24,000 bases of DNA from Candidatus Heimdallarchaeota archaeon (lineage in GTDB: Archaea; Asgardarchaeota; Heimdallarchaeia; JABLTI01), in assembly GCA_019056785.1 (NCBI GenBank), contig DXJV01000025.1, positions 58,207-82,206 on the forward strand, read 5' to 3'. Below, one piece after another: positions 8,402-16,399 of the stretch. A program made the translations under genes and the position numbers. How positions within the stretch are numbered: position 1 is the stretch's first letter; the number at the start of each line of letters is the position of its first letter. Under the pieces are notes generated by a model. The model was given only the letters and a program-made list of their open reading frames with translations. It was not told the DNA's origin and did no database searches.

Positions 8402-11047
8402 ATGAAATACGAATTTGGTCGCTCCCCTTGTCATTATCTTCAAACGGTTCTTGAAAAATTGGCTGATCTTAATAGCACAATTGTAGATCCACATGATCGA
8501 GCATTACTAGCACGTGCAAATATGCTTGCATATGAAATTACGGACCATAAACAATATGCAACCAATGCCCGCCGGTTAGGGAAAGAAATTTTGAGAGACA
8601 TCTTAACAAAGGAAAGTTATATTCCGAAAGAAAATGAATTAAAATTACTCTATCTGTTGCAGAAACAAGGGTCTATCACTCTCGATGAGAGTCAAATCGA
8701 TAGATTACTGGAACTCCAGGAAAATTGGCCGGACCCAGATGATAGAATTAGCGCATTATTAGTGGCCTATAATCTATCTCTCGAAAAAACCGAATTGAAA
8801 GAAAAAATTTATGCACTTCTTGAATCTTTACCCTTTGAAGAACGATTGTGGCCATATGCAACAGCCTACATAATGTCTAATCGTGAAATCGAGTTGCCGG
8901 CAAACATTATTGAAATTGCACGGAAAATATCTGGGACAAACAATACTGCAGCGTATCTGGATAAGGTCATCTGGATCAAGTCAATGTATGACCCGGACTT
9001 TGGGCCGCGTAATGTAGAAGCCCGAAAAGAAATCGCAGAAGAAATTGCGCAATGCGATGAGCCTCGAGATTTATTGTTTGTTTTAGGGTTTATCAGAAAC
9101 GAAAATGTTTTGGAAAACATTCAAAGAGATATAGATGAAATTAGTAGTAGCCTTAAGGATTTCTCACCTAAAATAAACCTTCCTATTAATGCCCGTCAAT
9201 CGCCCACACAAGATGCAATTATCTTAGGGCGGAAAGGTTCTGTAATTAAAGACATCGGTTGCCAGGGAACACTCTATCTTGGACGGATTTCAGAAAAAGG
9301 CGCCCACGGCCTTTATGGTAAGAAAGTACTTGTTGATGCAGGTTACCCACATATATTCTTCATCAGCGGCCATCGTGGCTCAGGAAAAAGCTATACACTT
9401 GGTGTTATTGCAGAAGAATTAGCAAAAGCAAAGCTGGGTGTAGGAACAATCATCATTGACCCGATAGGCGTTTTTTGGGCACTGAAAAAGCAAAACAGCG
9501 ATGAAGGAGAGAATTTGCTTCTCCAACAATGGGGATTAAAGCCAGAAACAATAGACAATGTTGAAGTATTCACCCCTATCGGCATTTTCGAGAAATTTGG
9601 TGACGAAACGATAGATTCACCTTTTGCCCTGAAACCATCAGACCTTCATATTGAAGATTGGTGCCGCACCTTTGACATCGACCGGTATGAGATTCGTGGA
9701 ACTGTTTTAGAGAAAGCTCTAAAAATAGTAGCCAGGGAAAAGTCAGACTTTTCAATTGACGATATTATCGCTGCATTAGATGATCCAGCAATTACTAATA
9801 CTTATCGAAGTGACTCCATTCAAGCCATTCGATCCCGTATGGAAGCGGCAAAGGAATGGGGCATTTTCTCAGGAAAGGGTACACCACTTTCAAGGTTAAG
9901 CTCACCAAATAAAATTTCAGTCCTTGACATTAGCAACCCGCGGATTGGTGATAGCCTTCGTGCTTTGTTGGTTGGTATCATTGCCCGTAAAATCCTCGAA
10001 GCACGCATACGTTCTTCTCGGGGGGAAATGTTCGAAGTGTCTGGAGAAGAAGATGGCTCAATTCCAGTCACATGGCTGCTTATTGATGAAGCACATGTTT
10101 TAGTGCCAGCGAATAAGAAAACAGCGGCTTCAGACCCCTTAATTGAGTATGCAAAGCAAGGAAGAAAACCGGGTTGCGCCCTCGTGCTTGTTACACAACA
10201 ACCATCTGCCATGCATAAGGATATTATGAGCCAAATTGATGTAATGATAACCCACCTTTTGACTTTTGATGATGATATTCGAGCTTTTCTTAAACGAGTG
10301 CCAGCTTCTGTCCCGGACCAATTTGAAGATTCGGACTTTATCAGAAGCATGCCTACAGGAGTAGGAATGATTTCTGACCAGTTAACACAAAACCGCAGTT
10401 TTATAGTGAAAATTCGCCCCCGAGTCTCACTCCATGCAGGAAGAGAAGCATTACCTAAATCACTCCGAAGAAAAATACGCGCCAAACATGGTGGAGAAGT
10501 GGCTTTTGGGAAGCGAGATGTCTTAGTGGCAACAGCAATCAGTGAAGAGTCTCAACCCGACGAGAAACCCTCGAGCATCCCGGAACCCGTCCCAGAAAAA
10601 CCAAAAGTAAAGCAACCAGTAAAAGCAAAAAGAAAACATCCAGCAAAAGCAATTGATTTGCCCATACCTGAACCATCAAAATTACCCGAAAAAATGATTC
10701 TGAACATTTTAGAAAGAAAACTCGAATATGGACACAATACATTCCTCTTTGATGGCTCAAAATCAGTGCGCTTCGATAAACTCCAGCGCTCGGGGTTCTT
10801 AAGTGGCTCTATCGAAGAAAACTTGCCCCCAATCATTGCTGAGCTGGAAAGAATTGGTTGGGAAATAAAGGCAATTGTCCCTGAAAAAACCTTCGTCGTT
10901 ATTCTCATGCAGCTAGAATCAGCCTCATTGGGTATTTCATATGCCATATTTAAAGGCGACACCGCCCTCTCATTCATTGTTGTTGCAAAAGAGCGGTTCA
11001 AGAAGAGTATCTACGACAAAATCTTCAATTTAAAACAAAGTAGGTGA
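8402..11047 (+). CDS. HerA/FtsK-superfamily (COG0433/DUF87-type) P-loop ATPase with an extra N-terminal helical region (about 290 aa) and an extra C-terminal domain behind a Lys/Pro-rich linker
   Basis: Walker A is GHRGSGKSYTLGV and Walker B is VTWLLIDEAHVLVP. The HerA-typical GRKPGCALVLVTQQPSAMHKDIMSQIDVMITHLL block is present. A HAS-barrel-like stretch (AIILGRKGSVIKDIGCQGTLYLGRI) precedes the P-loop. GGTGA at 8390-8394 lies 7 nt before the ATG. The linker is PEPVPEKPKVKQPVKAKRKHPAKAIDLPIPEP, followed by about 170 aa that I cannot assign. Confidence 0.8.
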   Translation: MKYEFGRSPCHYLQTVLEKLADLNSTIVDPHDRALLARANMLAYEITDHKQYATNARRLGKEILRDILTKESYIPKENELKLLYLLQKQGSITLDESQIDRLLELQENWPDPDDRISALLVAYNLSLEKTELKEKIYALLESLPFEERLWPYATAYIMSNREIELPANIIEIARKISGTNNTAAYLDKVIWIKSMYDPDFGPRNVEARKEIAEEIAQCDEPRDLLFVLGFIRNENVLENIQRDIDEISSSLKDFSPKINLPINARQSPTQDAIILGRKGSVIKDIGCQGTLYLGRISEKGAHGLYGKKVLVDAGYPHIFFISGHRGSGKSYTLGVIAEELAKAKLGVGTIIIDPIGVFWALKKQNSDEGENLLLQQWGLKPETIDNVEVFTPIGIFEKFGDETIDSPFALKPSDLHIEDWCRTFDIDRYEIRGTVLEKALKIVAREKSDFSIDDIIAALDDPAITNTYRSDSIQAIRSRMEAAKEWGIFSGKGTPLSRLSSPNKISVLDISNPRIGDSLRALLVGIIARKILEARIRSSRGEMFEVSGEEDGSIPVTWLLIDEAHVLVPANKKTAASDPLIEYAKQGRKPGCALVLVTQQPSAMHKDIMSQIDVMITHLLTFDDDIRAFLKRVPASVPDQFEDSDFIRSMPTGVGMISDQLTQNRSFIVKIRPRVSLHAGREALPKSLRRKIRAKHGGEVAFGKRDVLVATAISEESQPDEKPSSIPEPVPEKPKVKQPVKAKRKHPAKAIDLPIPEPSKLPEKMILNILERKLEYGHNTFLFDGSKSVRFDKLQRSGFLSGSIEENLPPIIAELERIGWEIKAIVPEKTFVVILMQLESASLGISYAIFKGDTALSFIVVAKERFKKSIYDKIFNLKQSR

Positions 11048-11134
11048 AGAAGAATCGCAAAAAAGAAAGAGCCTAAGTGGTTTGGAACGTTCTTCACGGA
11101 AAACCAACCACTCTTCCGAAAGCTCTTTGAGCAG

Positions 11135-12163
11135 GTGATTTGGCCGATAATTAACCCACTCATCTCAAAAGCAGAAGCATCAAACATAACAGTAGAAGAA
11201 CTGACAAAAGAGCTGAAAGAGGGCATCTGGAAGATCTTTTTCCAAACCTTGCAATTGAATAGAAATAAAGAAGAAGAAACAGCAATTGCCAACCAGCTCA
11301 AAAAACTGGCAAATGAAAATATAATAGATTTCGTTCTAGACCTTATAAAAGATTTTTCTTTCAGCTTTCATGAAGACTTCACAGAGGGTGTCAGCCCAGA
11401 AGAAGTAACAGAATCACTAGAGCAATTCATAAACCAACAAGTCATCATCGAATGGATCGATTATCTCGTTGAGTTCTCCATTACCCCCTTGTTAATTCTC
11501 TCATTAAAAGAGCCATATAAAATCAAAAAGGGGAAAGAAATTATTACAAGGATCTTTTTAGCGATAGTCCAGGGATTGATAGGAAAAGAAGAAGCAGAAA
11601 CACAATTACAAACAGTTTTAACCAACGAATTGCAAGTACCGGAAGAACCGCTCCGATTCGTGAGCGCAATGGCTCGAACAATAGCAAGGGGAATGGAAAA
11701 GTTTGGACTCACCGGTTTAGCAAAAATTGCAGAAGAAACGCTCAAAGAAAAGAAAGAAATAACAATACAACGAAAATACACCAATGTTCGACAGGCTGCA
11801 AAAGAAATCATTTTCGACCGAGAGAAAGTAATGGAAGAATGGGAAAAGAATATTTTACAACCAGCAACAATAGGACTACGGATGGCCGGTAAAGAGCGAT
11901 ATAAAGGATTCATTACCAGCTGTAAAAAGAATTTTGAATTGTTTCTTGACCAATTGCTCTCGGCGAGCGATTTTGAAAAAAGAGTCGATAAAGAGTTGCG
12001 AAAGTTCGGCGGCAAAGAAGAAGAATTAATGCAACCGATTCGAGACTCCATAGTAAGCTCAGTTAAATTTCTCGAACTCGCACGAATTGATGACCCTACA
12101 CTTAACTTATTAATGATGATCATCGATGAGGAACGTGAAATTACAAAAAGAAACTGCACCTAA
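11135..12163 (+). CDS. Uncharacterized Glu/Lys-rich, predominantly helical protein (342 aa from GTG)
   Basis: Long ORF in the same frame as the upstream ATPase gene. It is open from the codon right after that gene's TGA (11048), and GTG 11135 is the first canonical start. I recognise no family. The antisense 232-aa ORF (11461..12159) looks like a shadow ORF. Confidence 0.6.
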   Translation: MIWPIINPLISKAEASNITVEELTKELKEGIWKIFFQTLQLNRNKEEETAIANQLKKLANENIIDFVLDLIKDFSFSFHEDFTEGVSPEEVTESLEQFINQQVIIEWIDYLVEFSITPLLILSLKEPYKIKKGKEIITRIFLAIVQGLIGKEEAETQLQTVLTNELQVPEEPLRFVSAMARTIARGMEKFGLTGLAKIAEETLKEKKEITIQRKYTNVRQAAKEIIFDREKVMEEWEKNILQPATIGLRMAGKERYKGFITSCKKNFELFLDQLLSASDFEKRVDKELRKFGGKEEELMQPIRDSIVSSVKFLELARIDDPTLNLLMMIIDEEREITKRNCT

Positions 12164-12183
12164 CTTTAAGCGAATTTTTGTTG

Positions 12184-12200
12184 CTTACTGTGCCAGTAAG
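12184..12200. terminator. Perfect 7-bp stem / 3-nt loop hairpin (CTTACTG-TGC-CAGTAAG) between convergent ORFs
   Basis: Read directly from the sequence. It lies 21 nt after the TAA of 11135..12163, just past a T5 run at 12175-12179, and 29 nt beyond the stop of the candidate minus-strand small ORF. Confidence 0.35.
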
Positions 12201-12228
12201 AAAATAACAATGCGAAAAACATTCCCTT

Positions 12229-12351
12229 TTATGATGTCTTTTTCAACCACTTGAGGAAGGGTGTTTTTTTGATGGGATTTCTAGCCAAGGAAATCGATTC
12301 TACAAAACAGTAATCTACAAGTTCGTTTTTCTGATTTATTATCTCAGCCAT
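12229..12351 (-). CDS. Candidate small protein (40 aa, MAEIINQKNELVDYCFVESISLARNPIKKTPFLKWLKKTS)
   Basis: It is below the ORF-track length cutoff. ATG at 12351 is preceded by GGTGA (12361..12357) at 5-nt spacing, the same motif and spacing seen at well-supported genes here. The hairpin at 12184-12200 lies downstream. There is no homology evidence. Confidence 0.25.
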   Translation of the reverse strand: MAEIINQKNELVDYCFVESISLARNPIKKTPFLKWLKKTS

Positions 12352-12726
12352 CAAAATCACCAGGAAGCGTTTCCCGACAGGGAATTCTGACTGTTTTCAT
12401 TAAAACCCAAACTCCTATTTGGAAGAATAGTTTCTTTACTCAACTAAAATATATTTCAACAAAGCTTGAAACGGCAACAGTAACTAGAAAGTGAAAACTT
12501 CCTCTTGCACCACGAGTAATAAAAGCAAATTACATGGAGGAGAGGGCATTAAAAAGTGCCATAAGAACACATTTATTATTGATGGTGAAACTAGCTATTA
12601 ATGAATCCTATATGGGAACATTAAAAATTGTGAATAACAGAATAATCATAAAGAAAGATTCAGTATCGGTAAGGAAAAAGGAAGAACCTTATCCAACTAA
12701 AGATGCTGAATAAAAGCATCTACTGA

Positions 12727-12804
12727 TCCCCCTCAGGAGCGAGGCTGACTGAACGAGCACAGCCACCTCAGGAAGCAAAAAAAACTCAGAGAGCGGGGAG
12801 AAGA
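12727..12804 (+). other. GC-rich island with nested stem potential (candidate structured RNA or leader element)
   Basis: The 49-nt core 12728-12776 is 32/49 G+C by my count, inside an AT-rich 700-bp intergenic region. An inner stem pairs GGCTG 12743-47 with CAGCC 12760-64. An outer stem pairs CCCCCTC 12728-34 with GAGCGGGG 12791-98, with one bulge. CCTCAGGA is repeated at 12731-38 and 12766-73. Confidence 0.3.
12786..12804 (+). promoter_or_regulatory. G-rich motif TCAGAGAGCGGGGAGAAGA upstream of the ESCRT-III gene (copy 2 of 2)
   Basis: See 2446-2463. It lies about 10 nt upstream of an A/T-rich tract (TTCAAATAAAATTATTG, about 12813-12829) and 57 nt before ATG 12861. Confidence 0.35.
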
Positions 12805-12860
12805 ACCCAAAAATTCAAATAAAATTATTGTTGAAAAAAAATGAAAGGTTGGTTATAAGA

Positions 12861-13529
12861 ATGCCCAAAATCAAGAATTGGCTTTTTGGCAAAGAGAAGC
12901 CTAAGGACACCGAAAGTATTGCTAAGATTCGCCGTGTCATTAATAAGTATACTTTACAGTCTCGTCGTCTTTCCCAGCAAGCAGATGAGCAGAAAGATCT
13001 TGCTAAGGAGATGATGAAGAGCGGCAACAAGGCTGGCGCCAAGCAAGCTTTGATGCGTCGTCAGCTTTATCTTAAAAAACTCAACGAGACTCAGAACAAG
13101 ATTTTAAATTTACAAGGTATGATCGAATCCATTTCCGAAGCAAAAGATGTTGCTGAAACTACAAAAGCCATTCAGGAAGGTGTCACTGTTATTGAAGATA
13201 CCTTAAAAGATGTCTCTCCTGCGGACACCGAGCGCGCCATGCTTGAAATGCAGTCCTCTATGGAGAAGGTTTCCTTTGCATCTGAAGCATTAGCTGATAC
13301 CTCCTTCTCCGAAACCGAGCTCGATATTGATATGGAAGATGCTATTGATCAAGAGATGAAAGAGCTCGAGATGGAGCTTTCCCTTGGTCAAGTGGAAGAG
13401 CTTCCGGATGTTTCCACTACAACACCTATTAAAACAACTCCTCAAAAAGAGAGAAAAGAAAAAGACGAAGTTAGTGAGGAGATATCCGAACTCCGGAAAA
13501 AGATCGAACGCGAACGCAGCGGCGCATGA
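12861..13529 (+). CDS. ESCRT-III family protein, Snf7/CHMP4 (Vps20/32/60)-like
   Basis: The ORF track opens at TTG 12828; I prefer ATG 12861 (MPKIKNWLFGKEKP), which resembles the short amphipathic Snf7 N-terminus. The core NKAGAKQALMRRQLYLKKLNETQNKILNLQGMIESISEAKDVAETTKAIQEGVTVIEDTLKDVSPADTERAMLEMQ parallels human CHMP4B NKRAALQALKRKKRYEKQLAQIDGTLSTIEFQREALENANTNTEVLKNMGYAAKAMKAAHDNMDIDKVDELMQDI, recalled from memory. There is an acidic C-terminal region and a terminal amphipathic helix, EEISELRKKIERER. Confidence 0.85.
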   Translation: MPKIKNWLFGKEKPKDTESIAKIRRVINKYTLQSRRLSQQADEQKDLAKEMMKSGNKAGAKQALMRRQLYLKKLNETQNKILNLQGMIESISEAKDVAETTKAIQEGVTVIEDTLKDVSPADTERAMLEMQSSMEKVSFASEALADTSFSETELDIDMEDAIDQEMKELEMELSLGQVEELPDVSTTTPIKTTPQKERKEKDEVSEEISELRKKIERERSGA

Positions 13530-13545
13530 AACCCGCTGTTAACAC

Positions 13546-13590
13546 GCGATAGCACCCTTTGTTCTTGCTATCGCCCTTTTGCTTTTTCTT
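13546..13590 (+). terminator. 9-bp perfect hairpin (GCGATAGCA / TGCTATCGC, 11-nt loop) followed by T-tracts
   Basis: The stem arms are 13546-13554 and 13566-13574, followed by CCTTTTGCTTTTTCTTTTT. It lies 17 nt after the ESCRT-III stop, between convergent genes. Confidence 0.5.
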
Positions 13591-13591
13591 T

Positions 13592-13864
13592 TTAGTCTTC
13601 TCCCACAGCCATATAAACCATATCGTCTTTGATCGCTTCAATGCGTCGTTTATTTTTTGTTATAAATTGGACATGGACGATGCCCCGGATCTCGAGTTCC
13701 ATTAACGCCTCGTTTATCTCTGTCTTGGACACCTCGCCAAATTCCATGGACAAGATCTTGATAAGCTCATCATCTATGAGCACTCCTTGACGCTTCTCAA
13801 TTGCCATCAATATTGCAGTAGATAGTGGCATTGTCTTCCAAATGGCTTTTTTTTCTTTGGACAT
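13592..13864 (-). CDS. Small (90 aa) winged-helix-like protein, function unknown
   Basis: Clean ORF. AAGGAG lies 12 nt upstream of the ATG. The pattern LSTAILMAIEKRQGVLIDDELIKILSMEFGEVSKTEINEALMELEIRGIVHVQFITKNKRRIEAI reads as helix-turn-helix plus a beta wing. The fold call is by eye only. Confidence 0.55.
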   Translation of the reverse strand: MSKEKKAIWKTMPLSTAILMAIEKRQGVLIDDELIKILSMEFGEVSKTEINEALMELEIRGIVHVQFITKNKRRIEAIKDDMVYMAVGED

Positions 13865-14037
13865 CGCAAAGTAAAACTCCTTATGAAACTCATTCTAATG
13901 AAAAGATAGGAAAATTCCTCATATCCTTTTTTATTTGTCCTATTTTAAAAGCTTATGGATGATGTTTAGTTTCTGTTACAAAAAGAAAAGAAGAGGAAAA
14001 AGAAAGTTCCAGAGAGAGTTCTTTATTGTCATGCCGG

Positions 14038-16230
14038 TTAAATGGTGGTTGGAAGTTGTGAAACTTCAATAGAGGCGCGCTTGAAATTCTCTTTGGCTTT
14101 TTCATAGTACTTCATTGTCTCTGGTGTGATGGAGGCATGCACTTTCTTTCTCGCAAGTTCAAAGTGCTTCAAAGCAACAATTTCACTATTCATATCTTCT
14201 CGCAAGGATAGCATTGCTGCTTCTCTACAGAGTGATTCGATATCTGCACCTGAAAAGCCTTCAATACTCTTTGCTATTTGCTCTAGGTTTACATCGTCTG
14301 CCAAAGGCATGTTTTTAGTGAAGATTTTCAAAATACGCAAGCGTGCTTTTTGATTTGGTGGGGGAACTAAGACATATCTATCGAACCTTCCAGGGCGTAA
14401 CAAGGCAGGGTCGACAATATCAGGCCGATTTGTTGCGGCAATAATAACTACTTGTCTAATCATTTCCAGCCCGTCTATTTCTGTTAAGAGCTGGCTAATC
14501 ACTCGTTCGGTCGTCCCCGAGTCACCAAAACCACTTCCCCGTCGCGGGGCAAGAGCATCGATCTCATCAAAGAAAACAATAGTAGGAGCAGACATTTTCG
14601 CCTTCCGGAATATTTCGCGAACAGCCTTCTCCGATTCACCCACCCATTTGCTCATCACTTCAGGGCCTTTAATACTGATGAAATTCACTTCACTTTCTGT
14701 TGCAACGGCTTTTGCCAAGAGGGTTTTCCCACAACCTGGTGGACCGAAAAGTAATACGCCTCGCGGTGGTTTAATTCCCATGCGTGTGAAGGATTCTTTG
14801 AATTTCAAGGGCCATTCTATCGCCTCCTTCAACTCACGGATTTGAGCATCTAAGCCGCCAATATCTGACCAGCGAATATTAGGTATTTCAGTAAATACTT
14901 CTCGTATAGCAGAGGGTTGTATCTCTTTCATTGCGGCCATTATATCATCTTGAGTGACAATTAACTTATCCAGTAATTCAGGAGTAATGACTTTATCGGC
15001 AAAATCAATATCAGGTAGATAGCGCCTAAGAGCTTTCATTGCAGATTCGCGGCATAAAGCTTGCAAATCCGCCCCAACATAGCCATGGGTTTTTTCAGCA
15101 ATTAAATCGAGATTGACATCCGGTGCTAACGGCATTCCTCGAGAGTGAATGAGAAGTATCTCTCGCCGTCCGTCTCTGTCAGGAACGCCAATTTCAATTT
15201 CCCTGTCAAATCGTCCGGGGCGGCGCAATGCTGGATCAATAGCATTGGGTCGATTCGTTGCGCCAATTACCATTACTTCACCACGAGAAACCATGCCGTC
15301 CATCAGGGCAAGTAATTGAGCAACAACTCGACGTTCAACCTCACCGGTTACATCTGCACGTTTACTGGCAATAGCATCTAATTCATCAATGAAAATAATC
15401 GTAGGAGCCTTAGCATTTGCTTCTTTAAAGATCTGACGTAAACGCTGTTCTGACTCACCGTAAAATTTAGACATGATCTCCGGGCCGTTAATAGTGATGA
15501 AATTTGAGGCACTTTCATTAGCCACAGCTTTTGCGATGAGCGTCTTTCCACAACCTGGTGGTCCATGTAAAAGTACCCCCTTTGGTGGGTCAATACCAAG
15601 CTTCTGGAACAATTCAGGGTGTTTCATTGGTAGCTCAACCATCTCACGGATGCGTCGAATTTGATCACCCAACCCACCGATGTCTTCATAAGAGGTTCGT
15701 GGGAGGTCCTCTTCAGATACTTGAATTGGTTTATCGATGACCTTTAATTCTGTATCCTCAGTTATACGGACAATCCCCTTCGGAGTAGTGGAGGTCACAG
15801 TAAAGGGCAGAGATTTTCCGAGAATGGGAATGAGAACAGTATCATCCTCTGTTAGGGGATAGCCCAATAATTTCCGTTTTACAAAATTCTCGAAGCTATA
15901 ATCAATTGCTACAGGTGTTTGAAATGGTGCCAGAGTGACAATTTTCGCATTTTTTGCGTCGGCTTTTGTAACAGTCACTTTTTCAGAAAGACTGACGCCG
16001 GCATTCTTACGCAGAAGTTTATCCATACGAATTAGCCCAGCATTTTGATCCTCAGGATAGGCCGGCCAGGCAATTGCAGCTGTGACTTTCTTCCCTTTAA
16101 TTTCCACAACATCACCCGTAGTGACATTAATTTGTCTCATTGAGAGACCATCAATTCGGACTTTTTGGCGGCCGATATCCCGTTGCCTAGCTTCAGCAAC
16201 TTTGAGGGTAATACTTGGTTTAGTAGGCAT
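14038..16230 (-). CDS. cdc48: CDC48/VCP/p97-type AAA+ ATPase (N-domain plus two AAA modules)
   Basis: There are two Walker A motifs (both GPPGCGKT) and two Walker B motifs ([16 protein letters not shown]). The N-terminal [34 protein letters not shown] matches the CDC48 N-domain. I prefer ATG 16230, with GAGG about 9 nt upstream; the track start TTG 16239 is the alternative. Confidence 0.95.
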   Translation of the reverse strand: MPTKPSITLKVAEARQRDIGRQKVRIDGLSMRQINVTTGDVVEIKGKKVTAAIAWPAYPEDQNAGLIRMDKLLRKNAGVSLSEKVTVTKADAKNAKIVTLAPFQTPVAIDYSFENFVKRKLLGYPLTEDDTVLIPILGKSLPFTVTSTTPKGIVRITEDTELKVIDKPIQVSEEDLPRTSYEDIGGLGDQIRRIREMVELPMKHPELFQKLGIDPPKGVLLHGPPGCGKTLIAKAVANESASNFITINGPEIMSKFYGESEQRLRQIFKEANAKAPTIIFIDELDAIASKRADVTGEVERRVVAQLLALMDGMVSRGEVMVIGATNRPNAIDPALRRPGRFDREIEIGVPDRDGRREILLIHSRGMPLAPDVNLDLIAEKTHGYVGADLQALCRESAMKALRRYLPDIDFADKVITPELLDKLIVTQDDIMAAMKEIQPSAIREVFTEIPNIRWSDIGGLDAQIRELKEAIEWPLKFKESFTRMGIKPPRGVLLFGPPGCGKTLLAKAVATESEVNFISIKGPEVMSKWVGESEKAVREIFRKAKMSAPTIVFFDEIDALAPRRGSGFGDSGTTERVISQLLTEIDGLEMIRQVVIIAATNRPDIVDPALLRPGRFDRYVLVPPPNQKARLRILKIFTKNMPLADDVNLEQIAKSIEGFSGADIESLCREAAMLSLREDMNSEIVALKHFELARKKVHASITPETMKYYEKAKENFKRASIEVSQLPTTI

Positions 16231-16369
16231 AATTCTCAACCTCTGTCAATAGAATTTAAGCGGGTAGCTTTCTGCTTTAAATATTTTTGGCTGTTCATTT
16301 ACTATTTCAAGTTTTGCTTTTCTTTACAAAAATTGAGCTTAGAGAATTATTAAAGACTCGTTTGTGGGC

Positions 16370-16399
16370 AAAAACAAAGAAAAAAGAAAAAACAAACCC
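16370..16399 (-). terminator. Oligo-T tract directly after the cysS stop
   Basis: The minus strand reads GGGTTTGTTTTTTCTTTTTTCTTTGTTTTTG immediately 3' of the TAA. This resembles archaeal-style oligo-T termination signals. There is no experimental support. Confidence 0.35.

Noticed and set aside
9820-12159. Long antisense ORFs (221 aa at 9820..10485, 149 aa at 10552..11001, 232 aa at 11461..12159)
   Set aside because: They lie opposite well-supported genes, are Ser/Arg/Phe-rich with no recognisable motifs, and are typical shadow ORFs of Glu/Lys-rich coding sequence.
12229-12345. Possible C/D-box sRNA (ATGATGT, TTGATGG and CTGA strings)
   Set aside because: The box sequences deviate from RUGAUGA/CUGA. 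Their spacing does not give the C-D'-C'-D layout with guides of about 12 nt, and there is no terminal stem.
14038-16230. Could the AAA+ ATPase near ESCRT-III be Vps4/CdvC?
   Set aside because: It has two AAA modules and a CDC48-type N-domain, not a MIT domain plus a single AAA module. It is CDC48/VCP, not Vps4.
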